A DNA stretch of 64,000 bases from Anaerolineales bacterium (GTDB lineage: Bacteria; Chloroflexota; Anaerolineae; Anaerolineales; E44-bin32): NCBI GenBank assembly GCA_034430615.1, contig DAOUEJ010000102.1, positions 3,570 through 67,569 on the forward strand. The letters run 5' to 3'. Below the pieces are notes generated by a model, which saw nothing but the letters and a program-made list of their open reading frames with translations, made no database searches and was not told the DNA's origin. Below are positions 37,976 through 47,388 of the stretch, in pieces. How positions within the stretch are numbered: position 1 is the first letter of the stretch; every line of letters begins with the position of its first letter. The position numbers were made by a program, and so were the translations under genes.

Positions 37976-38401
37976 GTGAATAGGACCATGCAATCGGTTC
38001 GCGAATTTCTCGAACAGCATCTCCAGGGGATCTTCGAGAACGACGTTGCCGCATACCGTGTCAGTACAGTTCCCGATCTGACGCTCTATGAATGGTATGT
38101 CACACCGCAGCGCATTGAAGGTCTTCCATTCCATGAATTCATGCTCGAGGAGACCGGCCGCGAGGATAGCCCCGGCATAGCGCTTGATCCGCAGGGCGAG
38201 GCTGGCCAGGCAGGGAGCTATTCGCGCCAGAGGTTTGATCTGGCAAATTATCGCGAACAGCGCTATGGCGACACTGCGATCTGCACCTAAACCCTGCTCA
38301 TTTCCCGAAGTTCATACACGGGCGTGAACGTCGTCAGCGCTAATGAGACACGCATCCTGGTCGCAATCGCTGGTGAATGGCGCGTGGTACATGTCCATTA
38401 A
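37976..38401 (+). pseudogene. NTF2-like (SnoaL/DUF4440-type) gene interrupted by an in-frame TAA at 38288-38290
   Basis: The 104-aa ORF ends ...YGDTAICT*. The same frame continues TLLISRSSYTGVNVVSANETRILVAIAGEWRVVHVH* (stop 38399-38401). Combined length is about 141 aa. The C-terminal GxWxVVHxH is typical of the family. Confidence 0.55.
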
Positions 38402-38593
38402 TCCCCCAGCTGGAAGGCACCCTTCCAAGCCCCCGCCTGATCTGCGATTCGCCGGGGCTGGATGCGCTTGTTCTTTAGGACAACCCTGATCTAAAATGGC
38501 ATCACTCACGCCGGCCGAAAAAGGGTGCAATCTCCTCCCGCTGCGTTCATCCACCCTGTGGTTGTACTGGCGTCAAACGGGAAAGGATTGGCA

Positions 38594-39433
38594 ATGATAA
38601 AGATCATTACAGACAGCACCAACAATCTATCCGACGAGCTCATTCGCAAACACGATGTGCGTATCGCCCCGATCGCGATTCAATTCAAGGAAGAGACCTA
38701 CGAGGAAGGGATCAATATCGATCGCGCTCTCTTCTACGCGAAGATCGAAGACATGGGCATCATCCCCACATCGTCTCAACCCCCGCCAGCGACCTTTGCC
38801 CACTACTACCAGGACCTGCGCGAGCAGGGCAATTCCGGCCTGGTGGTCACCGTTACTGGGAAATTAAGCGGTACCTACGATTCAGCGCTGATGGCGAAGG
38901 AGATGGTTCCCGAAGCCGATGTAACCGTCTTCGACTCGGCCAGCATCTCGCTCGGTACTGGCTGGATGGTGCTTGAGGCGGCGCGTGCGGCGGAAGCTGG
39001 CCAGCCGCTGGAATCAATATTGCGCCGACTCGAGCATATCCGCTCTACCAGCAAGCTTTTCCTCACGCCGGCAACGCTCAAGTACCTGCAGATGAGTGGG
39101 CGTGTTGGTCGCTTGCAGGGTGCCATGGCTTCGCTATTGAACGTAAAGCCAATCATATACCTCGAAAACGGCGTGCTTGAAGCTGGAGAAAACGTCCGCA
39201 CCCGGTCGAAGGCGCTGGAGCGCCTAATTCAGCTGCTGGCCGAAACATTCGCCCCAGACCTTCCCCTACGGGCAGCCGTGATCCACGCTCGCGCGGCTGA
39301 CGAGGCAGAGACCGTAAAGCGAGAGCTCGAAACCCGCTTTACCCTCGACGAATTGCTGATGGAGGACCTGGTCGCTTCTCTGGCCGTGCATGGTGGACCG
39401 GGGATCATGGGTGTCTTCGCCTACCCGGCCTGA
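38594..39433 (+). CDS. DegV family fatty-acid-binding protein
   Basis: MIKIITDSTNNLSDE..., TSQPPPATF, SGTYDSA, and the C-terminal AVHGGPG pattern. Confidence 0.85.
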   Translation: MIKIITDSTNNLSDELIRKHDVRIAPIAIQFKEETYEEGINIDRALFYAKIEDMGIIPTSSQPPPATFAHYYQDLREQGNSGLVVTVTGKLSGTYDSALMAKEMVPEADVTVFDSASISLGTGWMVLEAARAAEAGQPLESILRRLEHIRSTSKLFLTPATLKYLQMSGRVGRLQGAMASLLNVKPIIYLENGVLEAGENVRTRSKALERLIQLLAETFAPDLPLRAAVIHARAADEAETVKRELETRFTLDELLMEDLVASLAVHGGPGIMGVFAYPA

Positions 39434-39460
39434 TTACCCCTCTTCGTAACTTATAAACAT

Positions 39461-39488
39461 GTAGGAGCACGATCTATTGTGCCCCTAC
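39461..39488. repeat. REP-like 28-nt palindromic element with GTAG head
   Basis: GTAGGAGCAC-gatctatt-GTGCCCCTAC (one mismatch in the stem) between convergent degV and dnaA. Confidence 0.55.
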
Positions 39489-39516
39489 TGCGCGAATCAA
39501 GGTTGTATATTGAACC

Positions 39517-39544
39517 GTAGGGGCGCACCGCGGTGCGCCCCTAC
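39517..39544. repeat. REP-like 28-nt perfect palindrome with GTAG head
   Basis: GTAGGGGCGCACCG|CGGTGCGCCCCTAC. Same length and same GTAGGxGC...GCxCCTAC ends as the element 28 nt upstream. Confidence 0.6.
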
Positions 39545-39630
39545 ATGATGAAGTGCATTGTAGCTTGAACAGCAAGCTCTTTGGACTCCCGAGTAGAGCC
39601 GATTATTTTAATTACAGACATGGTTGAAAC

Positions 39631-40974
39631 TCAGACCGTAGCGCCGACCGTCCGGTACAGTTGTTCGCGGATGGACATCACCTCTCGCCGCAGCGAGTCG
39701 TCGGTTTCGATAAGCTCGGAGATTTTCTCCGATCCATAGAGCACGGTGGTGTGATCGCGCCCACCCAGCATATCCCCGATCTTGGGCAACGAGGTGTCTG
39801 TTTCCTGTCGCATCAGGTACATCACGATCTGGCGCGGCAAGGCAACCTCGCGCGTGCGCTCGCGACTGAGCAGCCGCTCAGTCTCAAGCCCATAACGGTG
39901 GGCGACGGCCTCGATGATCTGATCACCGTTCAGCCGACCCGTCTGGACCAGCATATCCGCCAGCGCGATCTCGACCAGCTCCGGGTTGAGTGTTTCACCA
40001 CGCAGCTCGGCATAGGCAAGCACGCGCGTCAACGCACCTTCCAGCTCTCTAATGTTGCTTTGCACGCGGCGTGCAACTTCCTCCAGGATCGAAGGTGGCA
40101 CCTGGCGACCCTGGCGTTCGGCCTTTGACCGCAGGATGGCCAGGCGGGTCTCATAATCGGCGGCCTGGATATCGGCCGTCAAGCCCCATTCAAATCGCGA
40201 GCGTAAGCGCTCTTCGAGAGTGACGAGCGCGCGCGGCGGCCGGTCCGAGGTAAGCACGATCTGCCTATCGCCACCGTGCAGGGTGTTGAAGGTGTGGAAG
40301 AATTCTTCCTGGGTGGATTCCTTACCGGCGATGAACTGGATGTCGTCGATCAGCAGGACGTCAATCTGCCGGTAGCGCTCACGGAACACAGCCGTGGTAT
40401 GGCTGAGGATGGCGTTCACGAGATCATTAGTGAACTCCTCCGAGGAGACATAGCGAACCTGCAGCCCAGTCGCCAGGCAGACGTGACCAACTGCGTGAAG
40501 CAGGTGAGTCTTCCCCAGACCCACACCGCCGTAGAGGAAGAGCGGATTGTAGGCTTTAGCCGGGCTCTCGGCGACGGCTTGCGCGGCGGCGTGAGCCAGA
40601 CGGTTGCTGGTTCCTACCACGAAGGTGTCGAAAGTATAGCGTCGGTTTAGCTGTGCCTGATGGCCGTTCGCTGCGGGTGGGTCATGTCGCATGCTGGGTC
40701 CCGCATCAGGAACTTGTTCGGCCACTGGACCGGTCCAGACTACAAAGCGGACATCAACCGTTCGCCCAACGATTCCGGTCAATATGCGCTTGACGGTCGC
40801 CAGGAGCCGGTCTTGCAACCAATCGCGGGCATATGCGTTTTTAACACCAATAACGAAAGTACCATCTTCGTAGGTAAGGTATTCTGCATCGCGGACCCAG
40901 GTGTCATAGGCTGCACGCGGCATTTCCATCTGAAGTTGTCCGAGCGCTGCCTGCCAGTTCCGCTCTGCACTCAT
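39631..40974 (-). CDS. dnaA: Chromosomal replication initiator protein DnaA
   Basis: GGAGG SD before ATG 40974. NPLFLYGGVGLGKTHLLHA, LLIDDIQF, TSDRPP, and the C-terminal DNA-binding domain GGRDHTTVLY. Confidence 0.92.
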   Translation of the reverse strand: MSAERNWQAALGQLQMEMPRAAYDTWVRDAEYLTYEDGTFVIGVKNAYARDWLQDRLLATVKRILTGIVGRTVDVRFVVWTGPVAEQVPDAGPSMRHDPPAANGHQAQLNRRYTFDTFVVGTSNRLAHAAAQAVAESPAKAYNPLFLYGGVGLGKTHLLHAVGHVCLATGLQVRYVSSEEFTNDLVNAILSHTTAVFRERYRQIDVLLIDDIQFIAGKESTQEEFFHTFNTLHGGDRQIVLTSDRPPRALVTLEERLRSRFEWGLTADIQAADYETRLAILRSKAERQGRQVPPSILEEVARRVQSNIRELEGALTRVLAYAELRGETLNPELVEIALADMLVQTGRLNGDQIIEAVAHRYGLETERLLSRERTREVALPRQIVMYLMRQETDTSLPKIGDMLGGRDHTTVLYGSEKISELIETDDSLRREVMSIREQLYRTVGATV

Positions 40975-41565
40975 ACAGTCCTCCGTACTGTTCAAGCCGC
41001 AGTCATGATCACGACTCAACCTGGAGTTTCATTTTTATTAAGCGAAGACCCGAAGGTACCTCTGTGATGAAATTTCTGTCGTCGAGGAGACGACTTTCCC
41101 AGCCACAGCGACTTTGGGGCGTGTGGGCGCTCCTCCTCGTGCATGGTGCCGCCTTCACCCATAGTGGCTGGATTGTAGCAAAACCGCCCCAAGCCTTCAA
41201 TACGATTAGCCGCCGAGTACCCTAAAACTTGGAAACTTTTAAGATAGCTAAATGTTAAAGGATGCCCAAGCCTCAATCACTTCTCGTCCGGAATGTGCGC
41301 TTCCTCACCAACCCAATCGACCGAATATGCCGTGAGGTTGCTTTACCCATACCCCATATCTTGTGGTACGGAACCCGTTATTATCTACCCACCCGCGTTA
41401 AACCTTAAAACTTAAAAAGGGAACTGGACGTCGAACAGATCGGCGACTCAGGCGCAAGCCCGATTCTGGAGGCTTCGCAAGCCCTGATTCTCGCAAAACG
41501 AGGTAAAACCATGCGTGTGCGCGTCACGCGTTGTACGCACCTGGACAAAGCACCTATCGATTAGG

Positions 41566-42945
41566 TCAGGATTTGCTGAACAACGCGTGCTGGGCTTCAC
41601 CGATCGAACGGACCTGCTCGAGTTGGATCCCGGAAACTTTTCCTGGAATACCGCGCAGGCTCCTGGGGATAAAGGCGCGCTTGAACCCGAGTTTGGCCGC
41701 TTCCATGAGGCGCGGCTCGATCTGCGGCACTGCCCTGATTTCGCCTGATAGACCAATCTCACCGATCATGACCGCTTCGGCTGGGAGAGGTTGGTCCAGC
41801 ATGGATGACACGATCGCCATCGCCATCGCAAGATCCGCAGCCGGCTCCCCGACTCGCAATCCACCGACGATGTTGATGAAGATGTCCTGGTCATCCAACC
41901 TGAGGCCAGCCCGGCGGGTGAGCACGGCTACGGTCAGCAGCAAACGATTGAAGTCGACGCCGTTCGCCGTCCGGCGCGGGTTGCCGAACCCACTACGGCT
42001 GGTCAACCCCTGCACCTCCACCAGTAACGGCCGGGTGCCTTCCATGGTCACCGCTACCGCAGAGCCAGGCGCGTTTACGACCCGCTCGGCCAGGAAAGCT
42101 TCGGAGGGATTAAGGACCTCGATCATCCCTTCCGAGCCCATCTCGAATACACCCACTTCCGTCGTTGCCCCAAACCGGTTTTTAACCGACCGAAGCAGTC
42201 GGTAGACATGATAAGGATCACCCTCCAGATAGAGCACCGTGTCAACGATATGCTCCATCACACGCGGACCCGCAATAGCGCCTTCCTTGGTGACATGTCC
42301 CACGAGGAAGACCGCAGTTCCAGTGCTCTTGGCCAGCGTCTGCAGGCGCGCCGTGCATTCACGCACCTGCGTGATCGAACCAGCACTCGAATCGAAGCTG
42401 GAGAGCTGCAGAGTCTGGATCGAATCGGCGATCACCACACCCGGCTCTACGGCTTCGATTTGCGCCAGGATGAGGTCCAGGTCAGTCTCAGCCAAGACGT
42501 AGAGGGCCTCAGGTAATTCCTGCTCCGGTTGCAGGCGCTGTGCACGCGCCTTGATTTGCGGTTCGGATTCTTCCCCCGAGACGTACAGCACCCGTACACT
42601 TGACGCCATCTGGGTCGCCATCTGTAACAGGAGCGTCGATTTGCCTATCCCGGGATCACCTCCGATCAGTATCACAGATCCTGGCGTGATGCCCCCTCCC
42701 AGCACCCGAGCAAACTCGGCGATCGGCAGGTGCAGGCGATCGGCAGCATCTCCCTGCACCAGAGATAGGGGAATAGCCCGCGCTGTCCCAGACAGACCTA
42801 CCTTTCGGGCGGCCCGGGTTGGGGGGGAGACGACTTCCTGGACCATACTGCTCCAGGCGCCGCACTGGGGGCAACGCCCGAGTGCTTTTGGAGCCGTCCT
42901 TCCACACTGTTGGCAAACGTATTGGGTTTGGACTTTAGCCACCAT
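41566..42945 (-). CDS. radA: DNA repair protein RadA/Sms
   Basis: N-terminal zinc ribbon CQQCG...CPQCGAW, GDPGIGKSTLLLQ Walker A, KNRFG motif, and a Lon-like C-terminal domain. Confidence 0.92.
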   Translation of the reverse strand: MVAKVQTQYVCQQCGRTAPKALGRCPQCGAWSSMVQEVVSPPTRAARKVGLSGTARAIPLSLVQGDAADRLHLPIAEFARVLGGGITPGSVILIGGDPGIGKSTLLLQMATQMASSVRVLYVSGEESEPQIKARAQRLQPEQELPEALYVLAETDLDLILAQIEAVEPGVVIADSIQTLQLSSFDSSAGSITQVRECTARLQTLAKSTGTAVFLVGHVTKEGAIAGPRVMEHIVDTVLYLEGDPYHVYRLLRSVKNRFGATTEVGVFEMGSEGMIEVLNPSEAFLAERVVNAPGSAVAVTMEGTRPLLVEVQGLTSRSGFGNPRRTANGVDFNRLLLTVAVLTRRAGLRLDDQDIFINIVGGLRVGEPAADLAMAMAIVSSMLDQPLPAEAVMIGEIGLSGEIRAVPQIEPRLMEAAKLGFKRAFIPRSLRGIPGKVSGIQLEQVRSIGEAQHALFSKS

Positions 42946-42983
42946 GCCTCCGGGGAGGATTATACAGCGCCAGCCGGTGAGTC

Positions 42984-43019
42984 AAAACAAAAACCCGACA
43001 CCGGCTGCGGTGTCGGGTT
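42984..43019 (-). terminator. Rho-independent terminator after clpC
   Basis: The minus strand reads AACCCGACACC-gcagcc-GGTGTCGGGTT followed by TTTGTTTTGA. Confidence 0.8.
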
Positions 43020-43039
43020 CTGCTTTGCGCTGATATAGA

Positions 43040-45532
43040 TCAGGAGGCAGGTACCGCTTCGTGCGTCTCGTCCTCGGGCTCCTGCTCGCTTAGAACCAGG
43101 GTGATCTCATCATCCACCAGATCGACCTGGACATGATCGCCAGCTTTGAATTTACCTGAGAGCAGATCGTCGGAGAGTTGATCCTCGACCTGGCTTTGGA
43201 TCACCCGGCGCAGCGGTCGTGCGCCCATATCCGGGTCATATCCGAGATCGGCCAACTTGAGTCGAGCCGCTTCGCTCGCCGTGAGGATGATCTCGTGGTC
43301 GCTGAGCCTATCAGAAACCTTGCCCAACTCCAGATCCACGATCCGGGTGATCTGTTCCTTTGTCAGCGCGTGGAAGACCATGATTGAATCGACCCTATTC
43401 AGGAACTCAGGACGGAACACCTTTTTCAGCGCCTCCGTGAGCTTCTTGTGCATTTCATCGTAGACCAGGCGCTCTTCCAGTACATCGTCTGCTGGCAGGT
43501 CAAATCCAAGCTGGGTCTGGCGCTTGATTAGATCCGCGCCCACATTGGAGGTCATTACGATGATGGCGTTCCGGAAATCAACTTTCCTGCCGCGCGCATC
43601 CGAGAGTTGGCCTTCCTCCATGATCTGAAGCAGCATATTATGCGCTTCAGGATGGGCTTTCTCGACCTCGTCGAACACAACGATCGAGTAAGGCCGGCGG
43701 CGGATGGCCTCCGTCAACTGCCCAGCATCCTCGTAGCCGACATAGCCAGGAGGGGCTCCTACCAGCCGGCTCACCGAATGGCGCTCCATCAACTCCGACA
43801 TGTCGATCTGGATCAAGGCATCCTCTGACCCGAACATGAACTCAGCCAGTGCCTTGGTGAGCTCGGTTTTTCCAACGCCGGTCGGCCCCAGAAATATAAA
43901 TGAACCAATCGGGCGCTTTGGATCCTTCAGCCCTGCCCGCGACCTGCGCACAGCCTTGGAGATGGCATTGATCGCTTCATCCTGTCCGATGATATGTTCG
44001 TGCAGCGCCTCTTCCATCTGCAGCAAACGCGTGGATTCGGCTTCGGCAATCTGCATCACCGGTACCCCGGTCCACATCGAGACTACCTCGGCGATATCGT
44101 GCTCGGTTACGCGGGGACTGCTCTCGCTTCGATCCCACGCCCCGCGCAGGAGTTCGAGTTGCTCTTCCAATTGCGCTTCATGCTGAACAAGCTCCTGGGC
44201 ATCATCGTAACGCGACTCGTCCAGGGCAAGAGCATGTGCTTCGCGGGTCTTACGCAGCTGGCCGATAATTTCACGTAATGAAACGGCTTCCGGACTCTTA
44301 TACATCCGGACCCGCGAAGCTGATTCATCGATGAGATCGATCGCCTTGTCAGGCAGGAATCGATCGGTGACATAACGAGCAGAGAGGTAGGCAGCCGACT
44401 CGAGAGCTTCATCCGTGATGTGCAGCTTGTGGTGCTCTTCGTACGGGCGGCGCACCCCGCGCAGGATATCGATCGTCTCTTCGATCGAAGGTTCTTCAAC
44501 CATCACCGGTTGGAAGCGCCGCTCGAGGGCAGCATCATTTTCAATATGTTTGCGGTACTCATCCAGGGTTGTAGCGCCGATCACCTGCAGTTCACCCCTG
44601 GAGAGGGCAGGCTTGAGGATGTTGGCGGCGTCGACCGAAGATCCAGCCGAGCCAGCTCCAACGAGCATGTGAACTTCGTCGATGAAAAGAATTGCCTCCG
44701 ACGACTTGAGCTCGTCAATGACCCGCTTCAAGCGCTCTTCGAACTGGCCACGATACATCGTTCCGGCGACCAGTGAGCCGACATCAAGCTGCAGGACCCG
44801 TTTACCGATCAACGGACCTGGTGTTTCCCCGGCGATAATCCGCTGTGCGAGGCCCTCGACGATAGCTGTCTTGCCAACGCCTGGCTCCCCGATCAGTGCC
44901 GGGTTGTTTTTTGTTCGCCGGGCGAGGATCTGGATCACGCGCTCGATTTCCATCTCACGCCCGATCACTGGATCTAATTTGTTTTCTTCAGCCAATGCCG
45001 TCAAATCGGTCGCCAGCTGGTCAACCAGTGGTGTTTTGGGCTGGTCTTTCCGCTGGCTTGTGCTGGATTTCTGAGCCATCCGCCGCGTGGGGCTCTCTTG
45101 CAAAACCCGGCGGGTCTGACGGCGGACTTGTTCGGGTGTGATCCCGAGGCGGCGCAGAACATCAACGCCGACCCCTTCGTTCTGTCGAACGAGCCCCAAC
45201 AACAGGTGCTCGGTGCCTATGTAGTGATTCCCCAACTGGCGCGCTTCTTCGATCGCCAACTGGAGCACCTGCTCAGTGGCCGGGGCAAGTTCAATGCGCC
45301 CCCCGGTGTGCCTCCCGACCCCCGTTAGGCGCTCAACCATCTCTTTCACCCGGGCTGGATCGAGGGCGAGCTCGCGCAGGACACGCCCGGCGACACCCGC
45401 CTCTTCACGAACTAACCCAAGCAGGAGGTGTTCTGTACCAATGTAATTGTGATGCAACCGCTCCGCCTCTTCGTGTGCAAGACTTAGCACACGGCGAGCA
45501 CGCTGCGTAAAGCGTTCCATCTTATCGGCCAC
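43040..45532 (-). CDS. clpC: ATP-dependent Clp protease ATP-binding subunit ClpC
   Basis: Double Clp_N repeats ([10 protein letters not shown] twice), two AAA+ modules (GEPGVGKTA and GPTGVGKTE), and a short UVR-like middle region. GTG start with GGAGG SD. Confidence 0.9.
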   Translation of the reverse strand: MADKMERFTQRARRVLSLAHEEAERLHHNYIGTEHLLLGLVREEAGVAGRVLRELALDPARVKEMVERLTGVGRHTGGRIELAPATEQVLQLAIEEARQLGNHYIGTEHLLLGLVRQNEGVGVDVLRRLGITPEQVRRQTRRVLQESPTRRMAQKSSTSQRKDQPKTPLVDQLATDLTALAEENKLDPVIGREMEIERVIQILARRTKNNPALIGEPGVGKTAIVEGLAQRIIAGETPGPLIGKRVLQLDVGSLVAGTMYRGQFEERLKRVIDELKSSEAILFIDEVHMLVGAGSAGSSVDAANILKPALSRGELQVIGATTLDEYRKHIENDAALERRFQPVMVEEPSIEETIDILRGVRRPYEEHHKLHITDEALESAAYLSARYVTDRFLPDKAIDLIDESASRVRMYKSPEAVSLREIIGQLRKTREAHALALDESRYDDAQELVQHEAQLEEQLELLRGAWDRSESSPRVTEHDIAEVVSMWTGVPVMQIAEAESTRLLQMEEALHEHIIGQDEAINAISKAVRRSRAGLKDPKRPIGSFIFLGPTGVGKTELTKALAEFMFGSEDALIQIDMSELMERHSVSRLVGAPPGYVGYEDAGQLTEAIRRRPYSIVVFDEVEKAHPEAHNMLLQIMEEGQLSDARGRKVDFRNAIIVMTSNVGADLIKRQTQLGFDLPADDVLEERLVYDEMHKKLTEALKKVFRPEFLNRVDSIMVFHALTKEQITRIVDLELGKVSDRLSDHEIILTASEAARLKLADLGYDPDMGARPLRRVIQSQVEDQLSDDLLSGKFKAGDHVQVDLVDDEITLVLSEQEPEDETHEAVPAS

Positions 45533-45635
45533 CGCTGATCCTCCACACCATTTCGCCTAAATCCTCCTGATTGAATCCTATTCTACCAAATAAACTTCAA
45601 CCACCTCGGAAAGTAGGATTTAATTCCCCCGTTGG

Positions 45636-45673
45636 CAAAATCAAAATCCGGGCGCACACTGGGTACGCCCGGA
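45636..45673 (-). terminator. Rho-independent terminator after rpsA
   Basis: The minus strand reads TCCGGGCG-tacccagtgtg-CGCCCGGA followed by TTTTGATTTTG. Confidence 0.75.
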
Positions 45674-45726
45674 TGATTTCTCTCACGCTGACCTGCGGTG
45701 ATCCCCCAGGTTAGTTGCGAGGCATT

Positions 45727-47265
45727 CTACTCCTCGTCCGCATTAACCTCTTCGATCATTTCTTCGGGCTCGGAGTCGACCTCGATTTCCAGCTCCGCTT
45801 CGGCCTCTGGAAGCTCTGCGTCCTGGGTATCATCGACGGCCATTTCGACCTCGATCTCTTCCTCTTCCAGGTCTGGCGCGACCGCTTCGTCGGTTGATTC
45901 CAGTTCAGCTTCAACCTGTGCCGATGCCTCTTCTGACTCAGCAACATCCTCGGCCTCAGCTACCGGCGGCAGATCCGGGATATCGCCTTCCAGATCGGCA
46001 TCGAAATCCTCGACCGGGACCGGTGGCTCGGGCTGGCTCTCTTGCTCCGCGCCGGCTTCCATGCCCTGCATGGCTGTCTGCCAATCAACATCGGTAAACT
46101 CGGCCGAATCGACCTGTTTCAGGCTCAACCCGAGCCGGCGGCGTTCGCGATCGATCTTGATCAAGCGCAAGGTGAGCGTTTGATCCTCGCTGACGACCTC
46201 ACGCGGATGCTCGATCCGTTGATCGGAAAGCTCGGAAATATGGATCAGGCCTTCGATCTCGTAGTCTTCGATATCCTTGATCGTGGCGAAGGCACCGAAC
46301 TTTGTAAGTTTGGTAATCGTGCCTTCAATTAATTGCCCTTCCTGGAAGGAATCCAGTATCTCATCCCAGGGGTTCGACTCGAGCTCGCGCAGGGAAAGGC
46401 TGATGCGCTTCTGTTCTGGATCCACGCTGAGCACTTTCACATCGATCTCCTGACCCACTTTGAGGACATCCTTCGGGTGGGCGACCCGCTTCCAGGAGAG
46501 TTCAGAAATGTGTACCAGGCCGTCGGCGCCGCCGATGTCGACGAAAGCACCGAAATCGGCCAGGCTGATCACCGTGCCTGTCCGTGTTTCACCGGGTTTG
46601 AGCTCCGAAATTAGACGTTCCTTCAGCGCGTCACGCGATTCGCGCGCGGCAGCCCGTTCGGAAAGGATCAAACGGTTGCGCCGCCGGTCGACTTCGATCA
46701 CCTTGGCGATGATTGGCTCACCGGCCATCTTGCCCCAACGCTGGTCCGGGGTTTCGCCTTCCGCCCTTCGGCGGCGGGCGAGGCTGACCTGTGAGGCGGG
46801 GATAAACCCGCGCAAATGACCAAACTTGACGATCAAGCCGCCCTTGTTATAGCCCGAGATAAGGCCTTCGTAGGGCTCGCTCGATTCGAGCAGTTCTTCG
46901 GCTTCCTGCCATTCGTTCTCTTCTTCTGCGCGCGAAATGGAGAGCAGGAGCGTGCCATCACGGTCGGCCGAGCGAATAACATAGACGTTAATCTCGGAGC
47001 CCACCACGAGTTCTGCTTTCTGCTCATCGGTGAGTTGCTCGAGTTCGCGGCTGGAAATCAGCCCTTCTGATTTGGCGCCGATATCTACCAGCACGTCACT
47101 CTCTGTCACGCGTGCGATGGTGCCGGTGCGAATTTCTCCCCGGCGTGGTGTTTCTAAATCGTAGGCCTCTGCTTCAAGCAGGGCGTCCATCGGGTGTTCT
47201 TCAGGCTCGACGTTTCCTACGCCATGCATGATTTCTTCCCCGATGAGCTCGTCGTTTCGGTCCAT
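45727..47265 (-). CDS. rpsA: 30S ribosomal protein S1 with long acidic C-terminal tail
   Basis: Repeated S1 domains (GxxxxGxVxxxxxxGxFVDIG patterns). The last roughly 110 aa are extremely Glu/Asp-rich. Confidence 0.88.
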   Translation of the reverse strand: MDRNDELIGEEIMHGVGNVEPEEHPMDALLEAEAYDLETPRRGEIRTGTIARVTESDVLVDIGAKSEGLISSRELEQLTDEQKAELVVGSEINVYVIRSADRDGTLLLSISRAEEENEWQEAEELLESSEPYEGLISGYNKGGLIVKFGHLRGFIPASQVSLARRRRAEGETPDQRWGKMAGEPIIAKVIEVDRRRNRLILSERAAARESRDALKERLISELKPGETRTGTVISLADFGAFVDIGGADGLVHISELSWKRVAHPKDVLKVGQEIDVKVLSVDPEQKRISLSLRELESNPWDEILDSFQEGQLIEGTITKLTKFGAFATIKDIEDYEIEGLIHISELSDQRIEHPREVVSEDQTLTLRLIKIDRERRRLGLSLKQVDSAEFTDVDWQTAMQGMEAGAEQESQPEPPVPVEDFDADLEGDIPDLPPVAEAEDVAESEEASAQVEAELESTDEAVAPDLEEEEIEVEMAVDDTQDAELPEAEAELEIEVDSEPEEMIEEVNADEE

Positions 47266-47388
47266 AAATAATCTGCTCTCCGTCCTTAAGATTGAAGGGC
47301 ATTATAAGAGCCTTTGCCGGGGTTGTAAACCTCTGAGCTGGGATGGCATGGTGGATGGGGGTATAATCCCGCCCGATAGGAGATACCT

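Noticed and set aside
41083-41395. RNase P RNA-like fragments. GGGAAAGTC occurs on the minus strand near 41092, and ACGGAACCCGTTAT occurs on the plus strand near 41368.
   Set aside because: The two motifs are on opposite strands. The other universally conserved RNase P blocks (GUAAGAGCGCACC, AGGGUGAAA) are absent.
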